Of a stretch of DNA of 64,000 bases, positions 8,910-19,542 are shown piece after piece. Origin of the DNA: Macrostomum lignano (taxonomy: Eukaryota); the NCBI GenBank assembly GCA_002269645.1, contig NIVC01002073.1:66175-130174 (forward strand), in the 5' to 3' direction. The translations under genes and the position numbers were made by a program. Below the pieces are notes generated by a model. That model was given only the letters and a program-made list of their open reading frames with translations. It was not told the origin of the DNA and did no database searches. How positions within the stretch are numbered: the first letter of the stretch is position 1; every line of letters begins with the position of its first letter.

Positions 8910-11900
8910 ATGACTTCTGCGAGCTGGGACCGCTTTAAGATAGTGCTGCTAGGCGAGAGTTCCGTTGGTAAGACTTGCCTGCTGAAGCAACTGGTTGGCG
9001 AAGGTTTCGCCCCACAGACTGTCAGCACCATTGGTGAGCTCTTGATAATCAGATTTCATTTGATAAACCGTGCAGTGTTTGAGAAGCAATAGTAGAAATA
9101 ACTGCAGACATCGTGACATCCTGCTGAGCACATGCAAGCGCGCCAATATACTGTACTCAGGCACCCACTCACACCGGGTGTACAACAGCCCTGACTTTCT
9201 AAGGCGATTCACGCCCGATGTGTTCATGCTAGACGATGCATGGTATGAAGTCGGCGTGTGCTTGTGCGCGCGTGTTCTCAAACCATATGAACGCTACACT
9301 CGCGCAAAATGCATTATTAACACTACTTCGCAAAATGCATTATTAACACTAAGACATCCCATCTTCTTGACTTCCTAATTGAAAATATAACAATTTTGTC
9401 TAGAAAGAGATACACTACCGAGATATAAACAGCTGATATTTTACCCGGAACTTAAATTGCTTGCTAGTCTCCGTTCACGTTACTTGATAAACATGTGAGG
9501 GCACCTAGGACAAAAACACACGCTTGCTTCATTTGGAATTTGGGAGTCCGGAAGGTGAGATTTTGGGAATTGAGTGCTAAAAAAGCTGTAACAATGTGTA
9601 GTAATCTCATGTTTATTGAATGAGAAATTAAATCCGCATGCAACATTTTAAGAGTACATTTTGCTTGCGAAATTGCATTCCAAAGGTGTCGACTTCAGGC
9701 GAAAGAAATTCGTAATTCATAATCGAGGCATTGAGCTTGAAATTTGGTGAGTAATTTACCTGTAATTTGCTCTATGGATGCTGCAAGTTTGTTGAATTCA
9801 GAAATTTTTGTTTGATTAAACGTTTTAGGGACACTGCAGGACAAGAGAAATTTCGCAGCATAACAGCTTTTCAATACAGAAATGCCCGGGTGAGTTACGG
9901 TTGCTTGATGTTGCAGATCCTCATGAATTAGAAATAGTTTTTGTTAACCCCATGCATAGGGTTCTAGCCTATAGTGTTAGAGCGTCGGACTCACGACTGA
10001 AAAGTAGGGTGTTCGAATCTTGACCCACTTGGAACAATTTGTCTCCTTGAGCACTTGACACGTAACTCTGCATTGCTTCAGTTCACCCAGCTATAAAATG
10101 GGTGCCAGCATTAGCTGGGGTAATTGAGGGCGTGTGGCGACCCCCCAGTCCTTGGACTGAACAGCCGCAAGGCATTGTTGAATAAAATCGCAACACAACA
10201 ATATCACCTGCACGGACCAGGGCATCCTGCTCATCTACGACATCACCGATCGGCAGTCGTTTGAGCGAACCAAAAGCTACTGGTTGCGCAGCATCAGCGA
10301 GGTATGATGCTGCATGTAGATTAAAGTCTAGATAAATGCTAATATTCTCATACTACTTATATGCGCAAAAAAGTAGTATTTGTGCGCCTATTTGATGATG
10401 ATTTGAAGCCGTCTTAACGGACCCCGCAGCATGCTGGCGAGGACCACCTGATTCCGGTGTTCCTGGCGGGCAATAAACTTGATCTGGCGAGTCGGCGTCA
10501 GGTGACCCATGCCGAAGGCATCCAGGTGAGATAATTGTAAGCTGTACCGCTGTCAGGTGCTTCGATGTACGCTTGTAGTGTGTGACGCTTGCTGAAACAA
10601 TGGGTGAAGCGTCTGTCACGGTTCATAAAAATTGTTGAAGCATCTGTCACATTGGGTAACCATGGGTGAGGCTTCTGTCACATTGGGTAACCATGGGTGA
10701 AGCTTCTGTCACATTGGGTAACCATGGGTGAGGCTTCTGTCACATTGGGTAACCATGGGTGAAGCTTCTGTTACATTGGGTACCCTAGTTGACAATCTTA
10801 CAAACTGACTTGTCAGATCTGATTTCTCTTGAATAGTCTTATTAAATCTTCTCAGATCTGTTCAGAAAATGTAAGTGACAGATAAAAATCTATGATTAGT
10901 ATGTTTTGTATGCAAACAATATTTTCCTGCTTTAAAAGTCGAAAAAGCTTTTATAATGTGATAATTTAATTCACTATTCACAGTTTAGTTGATCTAACAG
11001 ATTTCGCAAGGTGATAATGCAAGTTGCGATTGCATATGTATCGAAGGGAAAATTTATAATAGGTAAAAGGAGTACTGCACAGCAGAATTGTATTACATAT
11101 AAAATTTCAGCATGATGTGTTTCATTTTTACAGTTTAGTAATCTTAAACTGATATTCCTATGTACATGTACATATGTAGTCATTTTTACACTGTCGTAAA
11201 ATATTTGCTCAATGTATAAGAAACTATAAAAACGTATTTGTACACTTAAGTAATATATAATAGTTGTATTTACTCATCTAAATGGGCAAATGGGCAAGTT
11301 TATAAATAAAAAATGTGCCCTGTTTGTTTTAACTATGTTTTCTTTTAAATAAGCTTCTGCTGTATGGGTCTCCCTAAAACACGCACCGCACCGCCCCGAA
11401 CCGCTACACATTATAACATTTTTTGTCAATGCAGTATTTGATTGCAAAGAAAACTATTTGTTGTACGAGTAATGGAATAAATATCTTTAATTAATATTAT
11501 AAATATTGTTATTATTTTTTATATTCTCGTTTTCATTATAAAATTATATTATTAATTTTTTATTAAAATTATTAATAATATCACTTATTTTTCACCGAAT
11601 TTCATATTTCATAGTAAACAAACTTAATTTAATAAAACTTTGAAGCTTAACAGAAAACGCATTTTGAAGTGTCTTCAGTTATAGTCCAATTTGTTTTAAT
11701 GTGTAGCGCTGCAGGGCGGTGCGGGGCGTGTTTTAGGGAGACCCCTGCTGTATTTACTTTCGTAGATCGATTTATCGGATATTCATCTAGGCTTACAAAT
11801 TTACCAACGCGTCTGCTAATTTGTAGGCCTAAGCCTATGAAAAGTTTTTTGCTACTTTCTATTTAAATTTTTCAGTAAATACTTTATTTGCAATGCAAGT

Positions 11901-14900
11901 GACAAGAGCAGCCATTAATGGCCCGAGTCCAGGAAATGAAGCTAAAGTCTTTGTGTCTTTGTACTGCATTCTGTGCTGTGGTAGCAGTACTAAGAATTTT
12001 TTACAAATCTTCAAGCTAACAGACACTCGATTTTCATCATGTTCTTTAGAAGCACGCCTGCGTTGAGATTTTGTAAGTATGGAGCTCTACATTGTTAGGC
12101 CTAATTAGAGAAAAAATGATGATAAGCATTGGCCTAGCCCTAGCCTACCTAGCCTAAGCCAAGCCCTAGGCACATGACGAAGATGGCCACAGCTCTAAAT
12201 ATCTAAATAGATCATAGGCCTAGGTCTATATATTTCCTCATTTCCTATTATTAGTATAATGGAGATAAGTAAGGGAGATAAGTACTAGGGCATATATATA
12301 TATAAAAAATAGAATTAGATTAGGCCTAACCAAACAAAAACTTGAAAAAACAATTTTTTATTGTGAATAAAGTCTAAAAATCTGTTATTGCATGATATTT
12401 ATATATTCAATTATAATTAAACTTCATAATTTACATAATGATGGCACTAGGGGGGGGCCTAAGTTATGAATTAATATTAAAAAGTTGATAATACAGAGAT
12501 TAAAAAATTCTATGCTGTAGCCATCTTGGACTTGGTTTTACACCCTACATGTATCACTAAGCCATGTTGCCCTTCCATTGTCATTCTATCCTAGTTTGGT
12601 TTTCACATTGTTTTTCTAATTTTGACCTAGACCTAATTTTTTAAAAGTATTTGGGCTAAAAATATAGCAGTGAAGTATAATTTGCATATTTAAAAACATT
12701 AAGGCAAAACCTTTAGTTTATGCTTTTTAATCATTGGGACAGATATTTTAAACCAAATGTGTAGTGTATGAAGGCATTGTCCAGTGTCCAAGCCATTAAT
12801 TCTTTTATACCCGCAGCCACAGAGCCAACAAATCTGCTGTCAAGTTTGATTGATATGGTAAATCATCAGATTTTAGAAAGAAGCAAACAAATGCTTTCAA
12901 GAAATCATGCAAAATATTGATTTTAACCTACCTGCAACTTGAGTAAGTATTGTGCATATTTCTCTGAAAAGTACTAGTGTATTTCATTATCATTATTTCA
13001 ATTATTGTATATGTATACTCCACTTTATTTTTATTTCAAGATGCTTTTCGGGCTTGCTATGGACAGACACTGGAGAGCTACTTGGCTGTTGCTCAACCAA
13101 GCATCTAGATATTGTGCCAGGACAAGTGTCAAGAAGCACAGGTGTCAGCAGGCCAATCGAGGCAGCGATAAGAGCCCTACGTCAAACCCTCGACACCATC
13201 GGCAACCCGCGGCTCTCGGTTCACATCTGTACCGACTCACGATCAGGCCTTCAGGCCATCAACCAAGGCCCGTACCGTTCTACTAATTCGCTCGTCCTCA
13301 CGATCTGGCGACTCATCACCGACCTCCCAGCTCAGACCAGGCTCCACTTCCAATGGGTTCCTGGCCACGCGGACATTGCTGGTAACGAGGCGGCGGACGC
13401 CCTCGCCCGCGAAGCTGCAGAATTGGAACCGAACACCGCGCAACTTTCCCAGGCCTCCGCCAAAAATGCCGTCCGCCACGTACTGTCCAATTGGAGAACT
13501 GCGCGGGACCGCACGCATCCGCACCTGACTCCGACGCCAGGCCACGATGACCTTCCCAGGTGGGGCCAGGTGACGGTCAGCCAAATCCGCACTAAGAAAT
13601 CCCCCCTGACTCGCGACACCCTGTTTCGGTTCGGCCTCGCTCAGAACGACCGATGCGCCGACTGCGGAGAACCGGACTCGGTCGATCATCTTATGCTCTA
13701 CTGCCCCTGCCACCACCAGGCCCGCATCCGCACCTGGGGCGGGGTGGTCATTTCCTGGAACGACGTTCTCGAGGGTGGCGGCGCCCTCATCTGTGACTAC
13801 CTCAAGAGGGTGGGTCGGACCGAGCCGCCCATTGACGACCCTGGCGGCCACCCGGCCCCGCCCCGGCCGCCTGCGGGCGGTCGGAGGTCGGAGTGAAGAA
13901 AAGAAAAGAAAGCAGGCCAATCTGCCAATGGCCGCAACAGATGGCACTATGAATGGTGCTTGACTTGGTGTCAGTTTTTATAAAATTCTTCTTTAACTTC
14001 AAAGTTTCGGATTTGTTTGTTTTTTATGTAATGCACTTAAGACACAAAATTAAAAAAGTAAGGTAAAAAATTACAGTTGCTTTTAACTTTTTGATTGATT
14101 AATTAACTAATTGCAGGTAAAACTTGAAGGAATTTTAAAAGTTTCCTTCATAAAGACGTCAATTAAAACAATTTTTGCTGTTGGTTTTAGTGCTAAATAG
14201 TTAAATAGAAGTACTGGTATAATAGTGAGTTAAACATCTTTTAATTGTTATTAAATTGTTATGCAGTGCTTAAAAGACCTTGCTTTTTGGTTTAGTTGTA
14301 ACTGCATTTGCAGATGAATTTTGTTTGCATGTTTCTTTGTGCCAATTTTTCTGTCCTAAATAAATTGCCAAAGTTGATTTTTGGTTTTCTAATGCCTACA
14401 GTCTGTCTTGAATATAATTAAATGACAATAATAAATGTTTTTTTCTAATAAATCCAACCTTATATTAAATTATTTATTGCTGTACATAAACACAAATATA
14501 AAGCTTTTTAAGCAATTAATTGTTTATATTCTTTTTCCTTTTATTAATATTCGAGAATCAAAGAACCAAAAATGCTGACCATTGAATTCTGCATAGATAA
14601 ACATATGCAAAATTTCCTGCAATGTCTTGCCAGATCTTACCCAACTCTTGTCAAATCTTACAGGATACCTTAAGTAAGATCTTATAATTTCTTTGGAATT
14701 ATTGAAGGAATTGGTAAGTCAGATTTTGTAAGATTTGGCAAGTCATTGTCAACTAGGGTAACCATGGGTGAAGCTTCTGTTACATTGGGTAACCATGGGT
14801 GAAGCTTCTGTTACATTGGGTGAAGCTTCTGTCACATTGGGTAACCATGGGTGAGGCTTCTGTCACATTGGGTAACCATGGGTGAGGCTTCTGTCACATT

Positions 14901-16608
14901 GGGTAACCATGGGTGAAGCATCTGTTACATTGGGTAACCATGGGTGAAGCATCTGTGACATTGGGTAACCATGGGTGAAGGTGAATGGGTGATTGGGTGA
15001 AGGGTGAAGCTTCCTTCGGAAGTGAACAAAATACTCTGATGGAAAGTGCTCAGAGGGCCTATGCATGCTGTGCAAACTTGTACCTGCAGCTGTTAACAGT
15101 GGCACCGCTTCCCGTGTTTGATCAATGTTCATATTACTGTTTGCCTGTAATTTTTGCTCCAGTTAGTGCTCACTGGGACATTCTCAGTTTACAATGTAGA
15201 CTCAATGCATGCTCACTCATCAATTGGCTATTTTCTGCCTTATAAACTATAAGCTTCCCAGCATTAGCTTAACCTTGAGAATGTACATAAATGTATATAT
15301 TCCATTCGAACGTCTAATCTCTAAAATGTGTTTGTGTGTAAGACGTACATATGAACAAAATAATTGCACTAATTACTGTAGCCCCCTAGACAATTATTTA
15401 TTTAATTTGTTTTTACCTGTTTTCAAAATAATAGCCCCCTCCATCTAAAATCGTGATCAGGCCCATCTGAGCTGCAGCGCCTACGATTTCTTTGAGACCA
15501 GCTCAAAAACTGGGGAGAATGTTCATGAGCTGTTTGCTGCTATCGCCGCTGCCATGTTCTCTACCTGGAAGGTGAGGCTACAGTTATTATTGGCTAGCAT
15601 ATTGTAGGCACTGAGCTGCAGCCAACCCCTTCCTCATACATGCAGATTGACCCACGCTGTTACATGGCACAGAAGTAAGGCTTTAGCACCAGGGGCTTTA
15701 GCACCAGGGGCTTTAGCACCAGAGGCTTTAGCACCAGGGGCTTTAGCACCAGAGGCTTTAGCACCAGGGGCTTTAGCACCAGGGGCTTTAGCACCAGTGG
15801 CTTTAGCACCAGAGGCTTTAGCACCAGGGGCTTTAGCACCAGAGGCTTTAGCACCAGAGGCTTTAGCACCAGGGGCTTTAGCACCAGAGGCTTTAGCACC
15901 AGGGGCTTTAGCACCAGGGGCTTTAGCACCAGGGGCTTTAGCACCAGGGGCTTTAGCACCAGGGGCTTTAGCACCAAGGGCTTTAGCACCAGAGGCTTTA
16001 GCACCAGGGGCTTTAGCACCAGGGGCTTTAGCACCAGGGGCTTTAGCACCAAGGGCTTTAGCACCAGAGGCTTTAGCACCAGGGGCTTTAGCACCAGGGG
16101 TGCCAACACCAGGGGCGCCTGAGCGTTACTGTAAGGGGGCACCATGTACATTTTCCAGCCGATGGGGGTTAGGCTGTGGCCCCCCTAGCACCTGCGTGTC
16201 AGCATGAGCACTAACCAGTCGAGAGAGAGCTCTTAAGCAGCTGAACCTGTAATGATGACGTTGCTAAAATTTTTTGCTGGGCAGCTCGTAACAGCTTGAG
16301 CACAGGTCCGAAATCAGCACTATTTGTTTCTCCCCAATATTCAGCCGTTGCTTTCTGCACCCCTGCTGCAAACATCCGACGGAGCCAGTGCGGGAGTCGG
16401 CGGCGCCGTGCTGGCATCCGCTGCCCTTGCCAAAAAGAAAAAGCAGCCAAAGCAAAAGACAAAGCAGCAGCAGAAACAACAAAAGCAACAACAGCCGCAG
16501 GAGCAGCAGCGGCTGAGGCAGCACCTGACAGCGGACCGCACTGCCAGCATCCAGTTGCACAAGCCGGCGCCTCCGCCAGAGAAAAGTACCTGCTGTAAAA
16601 CTGTGTGA
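8910..16608 (+). CDS. Divergent Rab-family small GTPase, 7 coding exons, ~265 aa
   Basis: Exons 8910-9033, 9686-9746, 9829-9889, 10221-10301, 10430-10525, 15461-15571, 16345-16608; all GT-AG with consistent phases (798 nt). Motifs: G1 GESSVGKT, G2 STIG, G3 WDTAGQE, G4 NKLD, G5 ETSSK, and C-terminal CCKTV prenylation signal. Confidence 0.92.
9961..10167 (+). mobile_element. tRNA-derived SINE copy (Rab intron 3), lacking the usual 3' part
   Basis: A-box-like tagcctatagtgttag and B-box-like gttcgaatc. Body ccttgagc...cttcagttcacccagctataaaatggg resembles a CORE/Meta-type central domain. Homologous to the copies at 34441, 51558 and 55595. Confidence 0.85.
11366..11744. mobile_element. Mutator-like MITE
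   Basis: ~45-bp imperfect TIRs (gggtctccctaaaacacgc... / ...gcgtgttttagggagaccc). 9-bp TSD ctgctgtat at 11357-11365 and 11745-11753. Confidence 0.9.
13159..13910 (+). mobile_element. 5'-truncated I-group LINE 3' end (partial RNase H plus C-terminal CCHC)
   Basis: ICTDSRSGLQAI, FQWVPGHADIAGNEAADALAREAA (RNase H) and CADCGEPDSVDHLMLYC. Ends in a gaagaaaagaaaagaa tail. 12-bp TSD agcaggccaatc at 13147-13158 and 13911-13922. Confidence 0.93.
15674..16100. repeat. 15-bp minisatellite (Rab intron 6)
   Basis: Unit ggctttagcaccagg/a, ~28 copies; explains ORFs 15647..16207 and 15660..16151. Confidence 0.95.
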
Positions 16609-16767
16609 CTGTAGACTGTGGCGCTAGAGCTGCGCTGCTCTGGTTTTTCTGGCTTTCTGGGAGGTCAGTCAGGTGCGGCTAGTTTCATTAATAATGATCA
16701 AATTCACAGGACTTCGTCCCACAACCAGCGCTGACGGCAGCTCTGCCCATTCCGCTGACTCCTGAGC

Positions 16768-17148
16768 CAGGGGCGTAGCCAGGAATTTTGATTGGGGGGG
16801 GGGGCGTGAGTTAGGGGGCGCCAGCTTCTTATAGGGGGGCGCCAGTTTCTTTTGGGGGGGGGCGCCAGTTTCTTTTAGGGGGGGCGCCAGTTTCTTTTAG
16901 GGGGGGGGGCGCCAGTTTCTTTTAGGGGGGGGCGCCAGTTTCTTTTAGGGGGGGGGGCGCCAGTTTCTTTTAGGGGGGGGCGCCAGTTTCTTTTAGGGGG
17001 GGGGGCGCCAGTTTCTTTTAGGGGGGGGCGCCAGTTTCTTATAGGGGGGGGGGCGCCAGTTTCTTTTAGGGGCAGGCGCCAAGGCCAGAGTTGGTTGATT
17101 GGGGGGGGGGGCCACGGCCCCCCTTGCCCCCCTCTGGCTACGCCCCTG
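16768..17148. mobile_element. hAT-type MITE with an internal G-rich tandem repeat
   Basis: TIRs caggggcgtagccag / ctggctacgcccctg. 8-bp TSD tcctgagc at 16760-16767 and 17149-17156. Internal repeat g(n)cgccagtttctttta. Confidence 0.93.
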
Positions 17149-17369
17149 TCCTGAGCAACATACAAGCGCGCCAATACTGTACGCAGTCACAGCACTCATG
17201 CACACGCTCACACAGGGTGTACAGCTGCCAACAGCTGACTTTTCAATCGTCAGGCATGTACACTCTCTGTGCCTTGGGGGTTGGCCCTCATGGCTGTGAA
17301 TCGCTCGACAACCCCCTGGTAAATTTGAACCACGGAACTGTACCCGTCACATCAGGGTTTGTCAGGAAT

Positions 17370-18716
17370 GGGTTAATCAGATATGGGTTAATCAGGTGTG
17401 GGTTTTAATCAGGTGTGGGTTTTAATCAGGTGTGGGTTTTAATCAGGTGTGGGTTTTAATCAGGTGTGGGTTTTAATCAGGTGTGGGTTTTAATCAGGTG
17501 TGGGTTTTAATCAGGTGTGGGTTTTAATCAGGTGTGGGTTTTAATCAGGTGTGGGTTTTAATCAGGTGTGGGTTTTAATCAGGTGTGGGTTTTAATCAGG
17601 TGTGGGTTTTAATCAGGTGTGGGTTTTAATCAGGTGTGGGTTTTAATCAGGTGTGGGTTTTAATCAGGTGTGGGTTTTAATCAGGTGTGGGTTTTAATCA
17701 GGTGTGGGTTTTAATCAGGTGTGGGTTTTAATCAGGTGTGGGTTTTAATCAGGTGTGGGTTTTAATCAGGTGTGGATTATTCAGGTGTGGGTTAATCAGA
17801 TTTGGATTAATCAGGTGTGGATTAATCAGGTGTGGGTTAATCAGATGTGGATTAATCAGGTGTGGGTTAATCAGGTGTGGGTTAATCAGATGTGGATTAA
17901 TCAGATGTGGATTAATCAGGTGTGGGTTAATCAGATGTGGATTAATCAGATGTGGATTAATCAGGTGTGGGCTAATCAGGTATGGGTTAATCAGGTGTGG
18001 TTAATCAGGTGTGGGTTAATCAGGCATGGGTTAATCAGGTGTGGGTTAATCAGGTGTGGGTTAATCAGGTGTGGGTTAATCAGGTGTGGGCTAATCATGT
18101 ATGGGTTAATCAGGTGTGGGTTAATCAGGCATGGGTTAACCAGGTGTGGATTAATCAGGTGTGGGTTAATCAGGTGTGGGTTAATCAGGTGTGGGTTAAT
18201 CAGGCATGGGTTAATCAGGTATGGTTAATCAGGTGTGGGTTAATCAGATGTGGATTAATCAGGTGTGGGCTAATCAGGTATGGGTTAATCAGGTGTGGTT
18301 AATCAGGTGTGGTTAATCAGGTGTGGTTAATCAGGTGTGGGTTAATCAGGTGTGGGTTAATCAGGTGTGGGTTAATCAGGTGTGGGTTAATCAGGTGTGG
18401 GTTAATCAGGCATGGGTTAATCAGGTGTGGTTAATCAGGTGTGGGTTAATCAGATGTGGATTAATCAGGTGTGGGCTAATCAGGTATGGGTTAATCAGGT
18501 GTGGTTAATCAGGTGTGGTTAATCAGGTGTGGGTTAATCAGGTGTGGGTTAATCAGGTGTGGGTTAATCAGGTATGGTTAATCAGGTGTGGGTTAATCAG
18601 ATGTGGATTAATCAGGTGTGGGCTAATCAGGTATGGGTTAATCAGGTGTGGTTAATCAGGTGTGGTTAATCAGGTGTGGGTTAATCAGGTGTGGGTTAAT
18701 CAGGTGTGGGTTAATG
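17370..18716. repeat. 15-17-bp minisatellite
   Basis: Unit ttaatcaggtgtggg(t/tt), ~80 copies. Confidence 0.95.
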
Positions 18717-19361
18717 AAGTGAGAAAGTTCGGAAATTTGTGTAAAGCAATTAGATACGCAATTACTTTCGACTTGTAATTAAATGATTGAAATTTGAAGG
18801 TACTCGAGTATTACTCGTAATATTTACCAATTTGTTATACTTAGTTGTCTTGTTAAATTGTGCCCTTAATGCGCGATACAGTGCATACTAATGCTGTTAT
18901 TCATATGAGAAATATTGATAAGTAAACGTTTCTCTGTGAGCATCTAATTTTGTTGTGATTAAATCCGTAAATCATATAGGCCGAAAACATAAGTAAAGGC
19001 TGCGGCACTTCTTCAGCAGATTCTGTGGCAGTTTTTTAGACGCACTACAAAGCTGAACCCTTTAATTTTTCTGTGCTCCGCTCTTTTTCTATTTCCTTTC
19101 TTCTCTCTCCCTCTCCCTCTCGCCCGCCGCAAAATCTTGCGTAGCTGGGCCACCTCATCTCGACTGCTCAACCAGCAGCTCAAATCCACCTGCCAAATTG
19201 TATTGTCCGTCTAGTCAGCCTCTCAGTCCTGCCAGCCCCCCTTCCCCCGACAGCGAGCAGCTAATCTCAGGCAGCCAACCATGGGCCAGAGCAGACTCGT
19301 ACAGAGAGACTCGCTACCCGCCATCTCTTCTCTCTCTCCCTCTCGCCTCGACTAACGTTTT

Positions 19362-19376
19362 GTTGTCAATAGCAAC
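19362..19376. promoter_or_regulatory. Putative RFX X-box upstream of the ciliary SAXO-like gene
   Basis: gttgtc-aat-agcaac fits GTNRYY-N(0-3)-RGYAAC and lies 167 bp upstream of the ATG at 19543. Confidence 0.5.
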
Positions 19377-19542
19377 GTTTTTATCTCTCTCTCACTTGGA
19401 GTCTTCTCTAATACTTTATAACCATCTGAATCTGCCGTGTCTAAAAGTTATAGTATAATTACTATAGACTATAGACTACAGTAGCTGCTTACAACATCTG
19501 TTAGTGGCAGAAGACATCAGCGAAAGCAGAACTTAGCCAGAC

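Larger units (their letters stand above)
10783..14758. mobile_element. ~4-kb CMC/EnSpm-type element with no intact transposase, in Rab intron 5
   Basis: Perfect 14-bp TIRs ccctagttgacaat (10783-10796) and attgtcaactaggg (14745-14758). TA TSD at 10781-82 and 14759-60. Subterminal atcttacaaa/ctgactt repeats at both ends. Confidence 0.88.
10590..14975. repeat. 31-bp minisatellite split in two (10590-10782 and 14759-14975) by a transposon insertion
   Basis: Unit gggtgaagcttctgtcacattgggtaaccat; the unit is interrupted at gggta|accat and resumes in register. Confidence 0.9.

Noticed and set aside
17370-18716. Interstitial telomere (GGGTTA within the unit)
   Set aside because: Only one hexamer per 15-17-bp unit and no (TTAGGG)n run.
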